From the NCBI GenBank assembly GCA_965242695.1, contig CBDESU010000001.1:992001-1056000 (forward strand): a DNA stretch of 64,000 bases, read 5' to 3'. A program made the position numbers and the translations under genes. The notes under the pieces were generated by a model. That model saw nothing but the letters and a program-made list of their open reading frames with translations, made no database searches and had not been told where the DNA came from. Below, piece by piece: positions 1 through 12,000 of the stretch. The stretch is from Cenarchaeum sp. GTDB taxonomy: Archaea; Thermoproteota; Nitrososphaeria; Nitrososphaerales; Nitrosopumilaceae. Position 1 is the first letter of the stretch, and the number at the start of each line of letters is the position of its first letter.

Positions 1-4
1 CGTC

Positions 5-3000
5 GTGGCCCTGGCCCCGCTCGAGGTGCTCCGCATGCACCACGCGTTGCGCGGCGGCGCCGCACTGTACGCCAACATTACCTCGTCGACCGCGTCCGAC
101 CTGTCGGGCAACCCGTTTGCCGGCGCGGTCGGCACTCCCGTGTCGCTCGGCCGGGCGGGCGGGGGCGGGGGCGGAGTCGGATCCGATGTCCGCCAAGGCG
201 CCGGCACCCTTGGAGCGCCAAGGGGCGGCGGGGGCGGGGGCGGCATCGGCGACGGAGGGTCGAGTCTGGGCGCCAGTTCCGACGCGCAGACCCGGCCGCC
301 GCTCCGCGGGGCTGTGCCGGGCGCCGGCGCGTTCGAAAAGATTCCGGGCGGCATCGGCGGGCTCGGCTTTGACGGCAGGGACGGGAACGGTGGCCCGGCG
401 CCGCTCTACGCCTTTGGCTACCCGCCGGTCCTGGCAGCCCAGTCTCCCGTCCGGCTCGACCTGAACACGGGAGTGCTGGAGGTGCAGTTTGCACTCTACA
501 CCTTTATCGACATGCAGGACGTAGACCTTTCGGGCATCGAGATACACGGCGACGGCGTCCGGGTGTCACTGGAGGGGGCATCCCTCGACCTGGCCGGCGC
601 CGACATGGTTGGCAATGGATTGTATGCCACGACGGTGGTCGTCAACCTCACCGCTGCCCAGAAGGCCGCCGCCGCCGAGGCCGGCAGCGGCGCGCTCATC
701 GACATTCCGTACGGCGCGTTCACCGACGGAGACCCGTTCGCCGGCGTCACGGGCGAGCGGATCGCCATAACGAGCGACGCGGCGCCGCCGGCCCTGCTGC
801 CCGGCGCCAGCTCGCTCGACCTCGGCGCCGGCAGGCTCGTACTCGCGTTTGACGAGCACATTGCGGCGCCGTCGGCCGTCAATCCTGCCGACTTTGACAT
901 CCTGCCAGGCGGCGATGCCACAGCGCGCGTAAACCTCGACGACGCAAAGTCCGTCCTGGCGTACAACGCCACCGTTGAAATCGTCCTGTCCGCATACCAA
1001 AAGGCGCTCGTCGTCGGAGCGCGCGGCGGCCCGTCCTCGGCGGCCGCGGGCAACGCGTCCGTCAGTACGGCCGCGGCTGGCGCCGTGCGCGACGCGTCGG
1101 GCAACGCCCTGCCGGCCGTGGATGCCCTTTCCATTAGCACCCTTCCAGACGGAGCGGCGCCCGTGCTTGCAGCGGCCCCCATCCTCAACATTGGCGCAGG
1201 CACTCTTACGCTAGACTTTGACGAGTATGTGGGAGCCGTGGCCGGAGTCGTGCCGGCGCAGGTCAGCGTGACGGCGCAGGGCGGCCAGTCGACGTCCTGG
1301 CAGCCGCAGTCCCTGACGACGATGGAGAACGGCACGCGCCTCCAGTTCGCGTTCGGCGATGCGCAGACGGCGGCCCTTCGGCAGGCCAATGCGTCCGCGA
1401 CGGCGCCGCTCGCCCTGGGCGTGGCGGCCGCGGCAGGGATTGCCGACCTGTCGGGCAACCCGTTTGCGCTCGCCGCGGCCAACCTCACGACCGTGGACGA
1501 CGCGACGCCGCCTGCACTCGAGCCCGAGACGCTCCCCGTCCTGGATATCGGGCGCGGCGCGATCACTATGCGGTTTACCGAGCACATCGAGGCCGGAGGC
1601 ATCGACATATCGGGGATGGCCATCGAGGATGCGAGCGGCGCGGCGCGAGTGCACCTTGCAGGCGCCGACGTAAAGCCCCCCGTCGACCCCTCGTCCGAGT
1701 ACATTACGGAAATGGATGCGTCCCTTGTCATCACCCTTACGGCGGCCCAAAAGGGCGCCGTGGCGGCGGCCCAGGCGTCGGCGGGCCCAGTGAGGATCGA
1801 CGCGCCCCCGTCTGCCATAACCGACACGGCCGGATTCTGGTTTGCCGGAATGTCAAACCACCCGCTCGACATCGTTCCCGACACAGTGCCGCCCGCCGTC
1901 GCCGACCCGCCCGCCGTCGCCGACCCGTCGGCATCCTTCCCGCGCCTCGACATGGCCCGCGGCATCCTCTCCGTCCAGTTCGACGAGAGCGTGGACGCCG
2001 GCACGGCCGACCCGTCCGCATTCACTCTGCACTCTGTGCCTGCCGGCTCCGCCGCCGGCACGGCGCCGACCTCTGTCCTGCTCGGCGCCGCGACCGTCCT
2101 GCCGGCCCGGGAAGGCGCCGATGCCACCGTGCTGGAGCTAGGGCTGACGGCGGCCCAGCTCGCCGCCGTGTCGGGCCTGTCAGGCTCCGCAGGGGCCCCG
2201 TCCGTCAACCTGACCATGGCCGCCGGCGCCGTCCGCGACGTGTCGGGCAACGCGTTCGAGGCGTCCGATGTGGGACCCATTGCCGCCACCGAGGACGGCT
2301 CTTCGCCGGTGCTTGCCGCCGAGCCCGTGCTCGACCTCGATGCCGGCACCGTCCTAGTGCAGTTCAGCGAGTACGTCAACGCAAGCGGCATCGACCTGTC
2401 CCGGGTGTCGCTGGTCGGAGTCGAGGCCGAGGCGGCGCTAGTGCAGCTCGGAAGCGGCGGCGCCGGCGGCTCGGCGCAGGCATTTGCGCACGGCCTGTTC
2501 ATCGAGAGCGCCGACGGCTCGACCCGCGCATCGGCGTCCGTCCTGATCAGCCTGACCGGAGAGCAAAAGGCGCTTGCCGCGCACGCGTCCGTCTCGGAGA
2601 TCAGCATCGAGCAGGGCGCAGTCGACGACCTGTCTGCCAATTCCTTCGAGGGAATCGACAGGGCCCTGCTGGCAGTCATACCCGACGAGACGGCGCCCGC
2701 CCTGGCTGGCAACGGCACGTACCTGGATATGGGCGACGGCGTGCTGCACGCCGTATTCGACGAGCATATCGACCCTGCCGAGGTGGATCCGTCGCGCATC
2801 GCGCTGTCCATATACGGCGCATCGGCCAACGGCTCGGCGCCATCCCTTGTGGGCCTGGACGGTGCGGCGCCCCTGCGCTCGGCCCTGTACACGGCCGACG
2901 CATCGATGCAGCTTACGGCGGCGCAAAGGGCAGCCGTCCAGGATGCGATCAATGAGGCCGGCGGCAGGGCCGACGAAGCCGCCATCGAGATCATCGTCCT

Positions 3001-6000
3001 GCCCGGCGGCGCCGCAGCCGACCTGTCGGGGAACGGAGCCGCGCGCAGCTCGGCCGCCGTCGAGCTGCGCGCCGACGGGTCTGCGCCTGCCCTTGCAGGC
3101 GCCGCCCCTGCCGTCCTGAACCTGGCAGAAGGAACGCTGACGCTCAACTTTGACGAGTACGTCGACGCATCGTCTGCAAACGCGTCGGCCATCGCAATAG
3201 AGGACCAGGCCGAGGTTCGGCGCACTTCCCTCGATGACGCATCGCTTGCGGACATATCCGACTCTGACCGCATCGTCGTCCTGCTCACCCCCGCCCAGCG
3301 GGCGGCCGCCCAGGCCGCAAACGCAAGCGCCGACGGCCCCGTGCGGATCGACATTGCGGCCGCGGGCCCCGCGTTCAGGGACCTTGCGGGAAACGCGTTC
3401 GGCGGCGCGTCAAACCTCAACGTGTCGACTACGAACGACTCTGCCGATCCAGAACTGGTCGGCTCGCCGGCCCTGGACCTGGACTCTGCCAAGGCCACGC
3501 TGACGCTGCGGTTCGACAAGCGCATTCCGGCCGGCGCGGCCGACGCCTCTGGCATGTACGTGCAGGGCGCCGACGGGACGACGGGCACAACGCAGCTTGC
3601 AGGCGCTGCCGTGTCGCACCGGCAGGCGGCAGGCGGCCAGGGCACCTACGTCGTAGTGAGCCTCACCGCGGCCCAAAAGGCGTCCGTCGTTGCATCGTAC
3701 ATGGCAACGGATACGCCGGCGGCGACCCTAGACGTCTCCCCGTCTGCGATAGAGGACCAGTGGCACAACCGCTTCGCCGGGCTGGCCGCCGAACCGCTAA
3801 GCGACACGGCCGACGAGACGCCTCCGGGAATGATCGGCGCCCCCGTGGTCGACCTTGGCGCCGGCACCATACGCATCGAATTCGACGAATACGTCCGCGC
3901 CTCGAGCGCAAATGCTTCCGCCCTGTCGATCATGACAGGCGGCACGCCGACTGCCCTTGCCGGCGCGCACACGCTCACAGGCGAGGACGGCCCGTCCGTC
4001 CTGCTTGCAATGACCGCGGACCAAAAGGCCGCCGCCGAGTCCGAGTACAACGGGGCCGGATACCTGACCGTCACGGCCGGCGCGTCGCTCGTGTCCGACA
4101 TTGCCCGCAACCCGTTCGCCGCGGGCGCGCCTGCCGCAAACGCGACCGTGCACCTCGACTCCCTGCCGCCGGCGCTCCTGCAGGCGCCGCCGCCGTCGCT
4201 CGACCTCGGCACCGGCCGCCTTGTCCTCGAGTTTGACGAGCACGTCGACGTCTCCGAGGTCGACTTGTCGGCCGCCTCGATCGTCCTGCCGCCCGCGCCT
4301 TCGTCGTCCGGCAGAACCGCCCCGCAGCCGGTCGGCCTGTCCGGCGCATCGGCCGCCCCGAGCAGCGACGGCCAGCGCGTCGAGATCGAGCTGACCGCGG
4401 GCCAAAGGGGCACCCTGATCGCAGGCGGCGCCGCATCGCCAGGACACGCGGGCGCGCAGCTCCGCCTCGGCCAGGGATTCGTCTTGGACCTGGGCGGAAA
4501 CCCGACCGCGGCCGTCCAGGCGGTCCGCATGGATGTCGCCCCTGACGGCGCCGCCCCGTCGCTGGACTCAGAGGCGCCGCCGACGCTCGACCTTGGCAGC
4601 GGCGCGCTGCGCATCGCATTCACAGAGCAGGTCGACCCCGCCGAATCCGACCTTGCACGCGTGTCGATTGCCGCCTCTGCATCCGCCGATGCGCCGCGCA
4701 TACAGCTCGCCTCGGCGCACGTCGAGCCGCGCGACGGCGGGACTACGGTCCTCACGCTGCTGCTCACGCGCGACGAAAAGGGATCCCTCCCGGCATCCTC
4801 CCAGGGAGGCAACCTGGACGAGGCCCGCCTCTACGTCGGTTCCGGCGCGTTCTCGGACCTGTCGGGCAATGCGATTGCATCCTCGGAAGCGGACGTATCC
4901 GTCTCGGCCGATACAACGCTCCCGCTGCTCGACCGCTCGGCCGATCCGCTCTACAACTCGGCCCGCTCGACGATCGAGTTCGACTTTGACGAGTACGTCG
5001 ACACGGCTGCGGTCGATCCGTCCAAGATTACGGTGCGGTCGCACGCCTCGTCGCCTCCCGTGTCCATCGTACTGAATGCCTCGTCGCCCGTGGCGGCGGC
5101 CGAGGAGGGCCGAACCGGCTCGTGGCACCGCATCGCCGTCGACCTGGTGGCCGGCACGCCGCAGGCCGATGCGGTCGCGGATGCGGCGGCGGCCGCCGGA
5201 GCCGGCGCCGCCGGCCAGCTCCGCATCGACGTCGAGCGCGGCGCATTCTCAGACCTGTCGGGCAACGAGTTTGCAGGGCTCGGCAACCACACCCTTGCAT
5301 CCGCAGACGACGCCCTGGCGCCGGCGCTTGTGGGCCCGCCCTCGCTCGACCTTGGATCGGGCACGCTGTTCCTCCGGTTCGGCGAGCCAGTTCTGGCCGC
5401 GCCCGGCGTCCTCCAAACGTCCGACATCCTCATCGGCGGCCCGAACGGCTCTGATCCCATTGCCCTCGACCGGTCCCGGGTCGTCGCTCAGGACACCGGC
5501 CGCACGGGCGCCTCGCCGCTCGCCGAGATATCGCTTGACGCGCACGACCTTGCGCGCGCAAGGGCGCTGTACCTGGACAGCGCGGGCGCAATGACGATAA
5601 CCGTCCCGGCAGCCGACATTCGCGACCGCGCGTACAACGAGTTTGCGGGGCTCGACCGGGCGCACCTGGACGTCGTGCCCGACGCGGCCGGCCCCTCCCT
5701 CGCGCCCGCGGCCGGCCCCGTCCTGGACATGGCCGCCGGCATCCTCTCCGTGCCGTTCGACGAGGGCATCGATGCTGCGCGCATCGACCCGTCGGGGGTG
5801 GCGCTGCGGCTTGCCGGCGGCGGAGGCGGCGACAGGCAGGCGGCGACAGGCACGGCCCTTGCGGGCAGCCATGCGACGGTGGCAGGCAGCGGCGGCATCG
5901 CTACGGTCGCAGTCGTAGAGCTCTCGCACGCCCAAAAGGCGGCGCTCGCCGCCGATGCCGACGCGGCCGAGGCGTCCTCGAACGCCGATCCGCGCGTATG

Positions 6001-9000
6001 GATCGCCGCCGGCTCGTTCTACGACGTGTCGGGCAACGCGGCCCCCGCAGTCGAGCGCGCGCGCCTGTCGGTCGTGCCCGACGACCGCCCGCCCGCCATC
6101 GACGCGGCGGCCGCGCCGGTCCTGGACCTGGGCGAGCAGGCGCTAGAGATCCACTTTGACGAGTACGTCCACGCCGCCGCCGCCGACCTGTCGCTGATCG
6201 ACGTGTCCGTGATCGACGGCTCGGGCGACGGCGACGGCAGGCACCGCATTCCGCTCGATGCGGCCAGGGTTGAACCGTCCGGCGCCTCGGACGGCGACAC
6301 CGATACGATCCGCATACTCTTGACCGCAGGCCAGGCGGCGGCCCTGGCCACTGCCGTCGAGTCGTCGGCCCTGATCGGGTTTGGCGACCCCGCCCTGCTC
6401 GTGATCTCGGACGGCGCCGTGGCCGACCTGTCGGGCAATGCGATTGCAGGCCCTGCCGGCGGCGCCGGCACTGCGGCCCGCCTGGCCGTCATACCCGACG
6501 GCATTCCTCCGGCGCTGGATCCCGCCCGCCCGTCCGTCCTTGACATGTCCGCCGGCGCGCTGACCGTATGGCTCGACGAGCACGTCGATGCGGGCGCGGC
6601 CGACCTGTCGCGCCTGGCCCTGGCTGCGAGCGGCGGCGCCGGCAGCGGCACCCCGAGCCCTTCCATATCCCTTGCCGGCGCGGCCGCCGACGCCCTGCAG
6701 CCGGCGGCGGGCCCGTACGGCACCGATGCCGTCGTCGTCAGGCTCACGCACGTGCAAAAGGCGTGGGCCTCGGCCGCCTCTGCCGCGGGGGCCGCCATCA
6801 CCCTGTCGGCCTCGCCCGGCGCGCTCTACGACCTGTCCGGCAACGCAATGCCGGCCACCGCAGCCGCATCGCCCGTCCGGGTCGGCGCCCTGGCCGACAC
6901 TGCACGGCCGCAGCTCGACGGGCTGCCGGTGCTCAACCTGGCATTGGGAACGCTAATGTTCGACCTGGACGAGTTTGCCGACGCAACAAAAGTCGCAGCC
7001 TCTGGCATGTCCGTCGAGGGCGCCGATGCCGCAAACTCCACAACGCTCGCAGGCGCGGCCGTCTCGGACGTGCCGCACGGGGCCGACGCCGGCCTGCCCG
7101 ACACGTACTCTGACCGCATAATCGTCGAGCCGACGGCCGCGCAGAACGCATCCATCCAGGCATACGCGCAGCCGATCCGCCTGGCCGGCCTTCCTGCCGG
7201 CTCGCTGTCGGACCTTGCCGGCAACGGCATCGAGCGGCTCGTCAGGGTTCCGCTGATCCACACGAACGACACGTCCGGCCCGGCCCTGGAGAGCGCTGCC
7301 GTCGACCTGCGCGACGGCGACGTCATGCTCGAGTTCAACGAGGACATCGACGCGGCAGGCGCCGTCATATCGCACATGAGCCTGTCTCCCCCGGGCTCCG
7401 ACCCTGCCTCCTACTACCTGGCCGGCGCCGACATCCTCCTGCCGCCTGGCGGCGCCCCGACCGACCGGATGGAGCTGCGCCTGTCGGGTGCGCAAAAGGC
7501 ATCGGTCGCCCTTGCATACGCCTCATCGGGCAGCCTCGCGTTCGCCGCGCCGGCCGGCGCCATCGACGATCCGTTCGGCAACCATGCGGCCGTGCTCAAC
7601 ATGACAGCGGACGTCGACGAGGACGACAGCCCGCCCGAGCTGCTTCGCACCGGCCCGCAGGCGCCCGTCCTCGACCTGGGATCGGGCGTCCTGACGCTGC
7701 GGTTCGACGAGTACGTCTCCACGGCGGGCATTGACGCGTCGGCTATTTCCATGCGCGGCATCGGCGGGGAAAGTGCGGCATCGCCCGAGGCCGTCGCGCT
7801 GGCCGGCTCGGAGGTCGAGGCCGGCGCCGGCGCCCTTGCCGCGGCATCGGGCACGTACTCGGATATGGTCGTCGTCTCTCTGTCCCCCGCGAAAAAGGCG
7901 GCCGCCGTGCAGTCCGTCGGGTACGACTCGCTTGCCGCCCTGCTCGACATCGGCGCATCGGCGTCCATAGCAGACCCGTCGTCGGCGCGGCTTGCAGCCG
8001 TCTCGGATGCGCACCTGCTCGTCCGCCCAGACCACGCCCCGCCCCATATAGTGACAGGCCGCACCGTCCTTGACCTGGCCGCCGGCACGCTCGTCGTCGC
8101 GCTCGACGAGCACGTCCTGCCGAACCGCGCCGACGCATCGCGCATTACGGTATCGGGGACGGCCCCGGGCGCGGCGGTCGTCCGGCTCGCCGGCGCCTCT
8201 GTGTCGACGGCGGGAGGGTCGTCAGACACGGTCACGTTCAAACTGACCGGCGCGCAGGCGGCCGCCGCGGCCGCGGCCACCCTGGCCGCGGCCGGATCCG
8301 GCGGCGATGCGCCCCGCCACGAGGCCTCGCTGCGCATCGATGCCGGCGCGTTCGTCGACCCGTCGGGCAACACGTTTGCCGGCGCAGCCGACGTCCGGCC
8401 GGCCGCGACGCTGCCGCCCGTGTCCGTACTTGGAGCATCCGTCGAGTCGCCAGAGGCCGTCCTGGTCAAATACACGCACAACCTCACGTCTTCGTCCCCA
8501 TCCTCCGACTATTCCCTTGCGATCGACGGCGCGCAGCGCGCAGTGTCGGGCGTCGACGGCTCGGGCACCGCATCGCACACCGTAGGGTTCGGGCCCGCCG
8601 CCGCGGCCCCCGACGCGGCCGGCATGCTCGACATTGGCAGGCTTGCCGGCATCGGCGAGACCCTGTACGAGTTTTCGGGCGCAGTTGCGGTCCCCGTCTT
8701 GGACGGACAGAACCCGTCCGCGCTGTCCGCATTCGCAGTGAACTCCTCTGCCCTTACGGTCAGCTTTGACGAGGCCGTCGCGGGAGTCGACGCGTCCGAC
8801 TTTGCGTCCGTCTCGCCGTCTGGGGACGGCGGCGCGCCGGCCTCGGCCGTGTCCGTGTCCGGCGCCGGCGCCTCGCGTCTGGTGGTCCTCGACAGGGAGA
8901 TATTCGCGGCCGGCGCAGGCGGCACAATCGGCGGCGTGCCGGCAGGCGCGTACACCGATGCGGCGGGCAACCCGGGATCCGCGATCGACGGCCTGCCCGT

Positions 9001-12000
9001 GTCGGCGCCCTCTGGCGCCGTCAGGGCCGCCGGGACGGCCCCCGTCTACCTGGCCGCCGGCACGCTCGTGCGCAACGTCTCTGGCACCTCGCCGTCGATC
9101 GACCTGACGGGCCTCGGCGGCGCGTTCCCCCGCACGGGCGACTTTGTGCTGTCGGCCGACGGCCTGGCGACGGTCACGTTCGCAGCCGGCACGACGGTAT
9201 CGGGACTCCCGGCAGGCGCCGCGCCGGTGCTTTCGATCTCGGTCGCCAACCGGACGGTCCCCGACCGCTCGGTGATCGGAGCCGGCCAGCTCGTGCTTGT
9301 AGAGATCGGAAGCGCATCGGCCGACATCGTCCTGGACAGGCCGGCGCGCATCGAAATCGCCGGCGCGGCCGGCCGCTCTATGTTTTGGATGGATGCGGGC
9401 GGCCGCGTCTCGCTGATCGACGCGGCGTGCGATGCCGACTCGCTCGCCGCGGCCGAGGCGCAGCTCGATGCGGGCCAAGAGTGCGCGGTCGATGCGGGAG
9501 CGGCCAAGGCGATCTACACGTACCACCTCACCGTGTTCGGCGCCGTAGCGCCGCCGCCGCGGGCCCCCTCCCCCGGCCCGGGAGCCGTGCCGGCCGCCGC
9601 GGGAACCTGCGCGCCAGACCCCTCCAAATGCTCGTACGTAGCTGCCACCGCCGCCTCTGCGGCCCCCGCCTCCGGCGGCGGCTTTGGCGCCACGGCAGGC
9701 GCGCCGGCAGCCGTCAGCCCGTACGACGGCATGCTGTACGCGGCCGGCCCTGCCACAAACCAGACGCTCGGCGAGTCAGTGTACGTCCTGGATCCCGCCC
9801 GGGGCCACGCCGTCGTCGCCGAGATCGGCCTGCAGACCGACCCCGAGCACCCTGCCAGGATGCGCGTCGTTGCAATCGCCCCCGACGCCTCTTCGGACTC
9901 GCCGCTCGTGCGCGCAACCGCCATGCGCGAGTCTTCCGAGCCGCCCGTGCGCGAGCTCCCAATGCTCCTTGTCATCGATGCGTCCGACCGCACGCTTGCC
10001 AGGCACGGGGCCCTCCTGTACACCGACCAGGTAGGCCGAACGGTAGAATCAGGCGCGCCGGCCCTGCTGGCTGCCGCCGATGCAGGCGGCTCCTCGGCCC
10101 TCGACGGCCTGGCGTACGTCGGCATGCAGACCGTGCCTTCCGGCGTGCCCGCGATGCGGCTCGACGGCGGCCCCGTCCTGCTCGTCAACACGACGGGCGA
10201 ATCGGCGCGCGTCGAGCCCATGTACGTGCCCGGCGGCCCAGAGGGCGTGCCGGCGTTCCCGTCGCCGGACGCAGGCGGCTACTACTATCCGCGCGAGGGC
10301 TGGCAGCCGACCGCAATGGCCGCCGACGGCCGGACGCTGTACATGGTCGGCGCCGCCTGGCAGCGCGGCCCGGCGGCCGAGCCGTCGTCGAATACATTTG
10401 GACTGCTCACGCTGTCGTTTGCCGGCAACGCCAGCGGCAGCGCCGGCGGACAAGAGATGCCCACGCCGCGCTACGCGCTTGCCGGCGCCGTCGAGCTCGC
10501 CAGCCTCCCTGATGCGGATGCGGACAACTCCTCGTTTACGGCAGCAGGCATGGCCCTTGACACGGCGCGGTCGAGGCTGTACGTCCAGTACGGCAACGGC
10601 ACGATCGCATCGTACGCCCTAGGGCCCGCGGAGGACGGCGCGGCCCGGCTCCCGTCGTACCTGCACGTCGTCGGCACGGCGGCAGACCCGCGCGGCCTCG
10701 CGCTCGACGCCGGCACGGGCATACTGTACGCGGCCGCCGGCGACTCGGTCCTCGTGTACGACGCATCAGACAGCCGCCGCATCGCGGCCGTCGAGATCGG
10801 GCCCGGCGGGGCCGCCGGCCTGTCCGTCTCGCCCGTCGTCCCGCAGGGCGCCGGCGGGGCCCCCGTCTATGCGATCCCCGCCGTCCAGGGCGATCCGCTT
10901 CGCATCATACGCGCAGTCGATGCGCCCTCGGTCGCCGCCGTCTCGGCGCCGGCAGGCTCGTACGGGGCCGGCTCGTCCGTGCCGATCACGGTCGCATTCA
11001 CGCGGGACGTCGTCGTCGCCGGCGGCATCCCGGCGCTTGCGCTCGACGTACGGCGCGCGGCCGACTCTGCTCCGGCGGCCGCCACGTACCAGGGCGGCTC
11101 GGGAACGCGCTCCCTTGAATTCTCGTATGCGGTAATGGCGGGCGACGCGTCCCCCGACCTCATGTACGCCGGCACGGACGCCCTGACGCTGCCGGCCGGC
11201 GCGTCGATTGCCGGCGCCTCCGGCGACATGCAAAATGCCAGCCTGGCGCTGCCGGCCCCGGGCCCCATGGGAGGCGCCGGCGGCGCGGTTCGCATCGGCG
11301 CCGCGGATGCGCCGCCCCCCGTGGTCGTGGCTACGCCAGCCGGCGCCGGATCGCCTGCCGGACCGTTCGGATTCGGCGGAGGCGGCGGAGGAGGCGGAGG
11401 AGGCGGAGGAGGCAGCGGCGGCCGAACCGGCCTTGCCGTGGGCGCCGGCCCCGCCCTTGAAGTCTCGTCCGTATCGTGGGACTGCGACAGGGGCCTGGCC
11501 TGGATAACCCTCGGCGGCCTGCCCGCCGGCTCCTCTGCCTCCCTCCCAGACGTAAGCATACTTGCATCGTCGGGCACGACGGCGGCGCGCGCCGCGCCCG
11601 GCGCAGCGGCGGCGGCCGGAATGGCCACATACGAGGCCGACCTGCCCGAGGACGAGGTGTTCCTTGTCCGCGCCACCCTTGTCGACGGGCGCGAGGCCGC
11701 ATCCGTCTCAAAGACCGTCCGCACTGCAGGGCAGTGCGCAGGCGAGGCCGTCTTCGGCTCTGGATCTGCAGGGGCCGGCCAGGCGGCCGCCGCCGCCGGC
11801 ATGCCTGATGCCGCCCCCGATCCGCGCCCGGCTCCAGCGCCGTCCCCCGGCAGCGCCGCCGAGGACGACGGTACGGAGGGCAGGCCGGACGCGCCTGCGC
11901 CCAAGGCGCAAAAAGAGCCAGAGCCGGCGGCCGAGGCAGAGTCCGAGGCAGAGTCCGAACCGGAAGATGCGCCGCCCGCGCAGGCGCAGGAGCTTCGGGC

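Noticed and set aside
496-11904. Long antisense and off-frame ORFs (e.g. 496..3645, 3646..4812, 7414..8487) and many similar ones across the window
   Set aside because: Shadow ORFs expected in very GC-rich DNA. They overlap better-supported genes and show no motifs.
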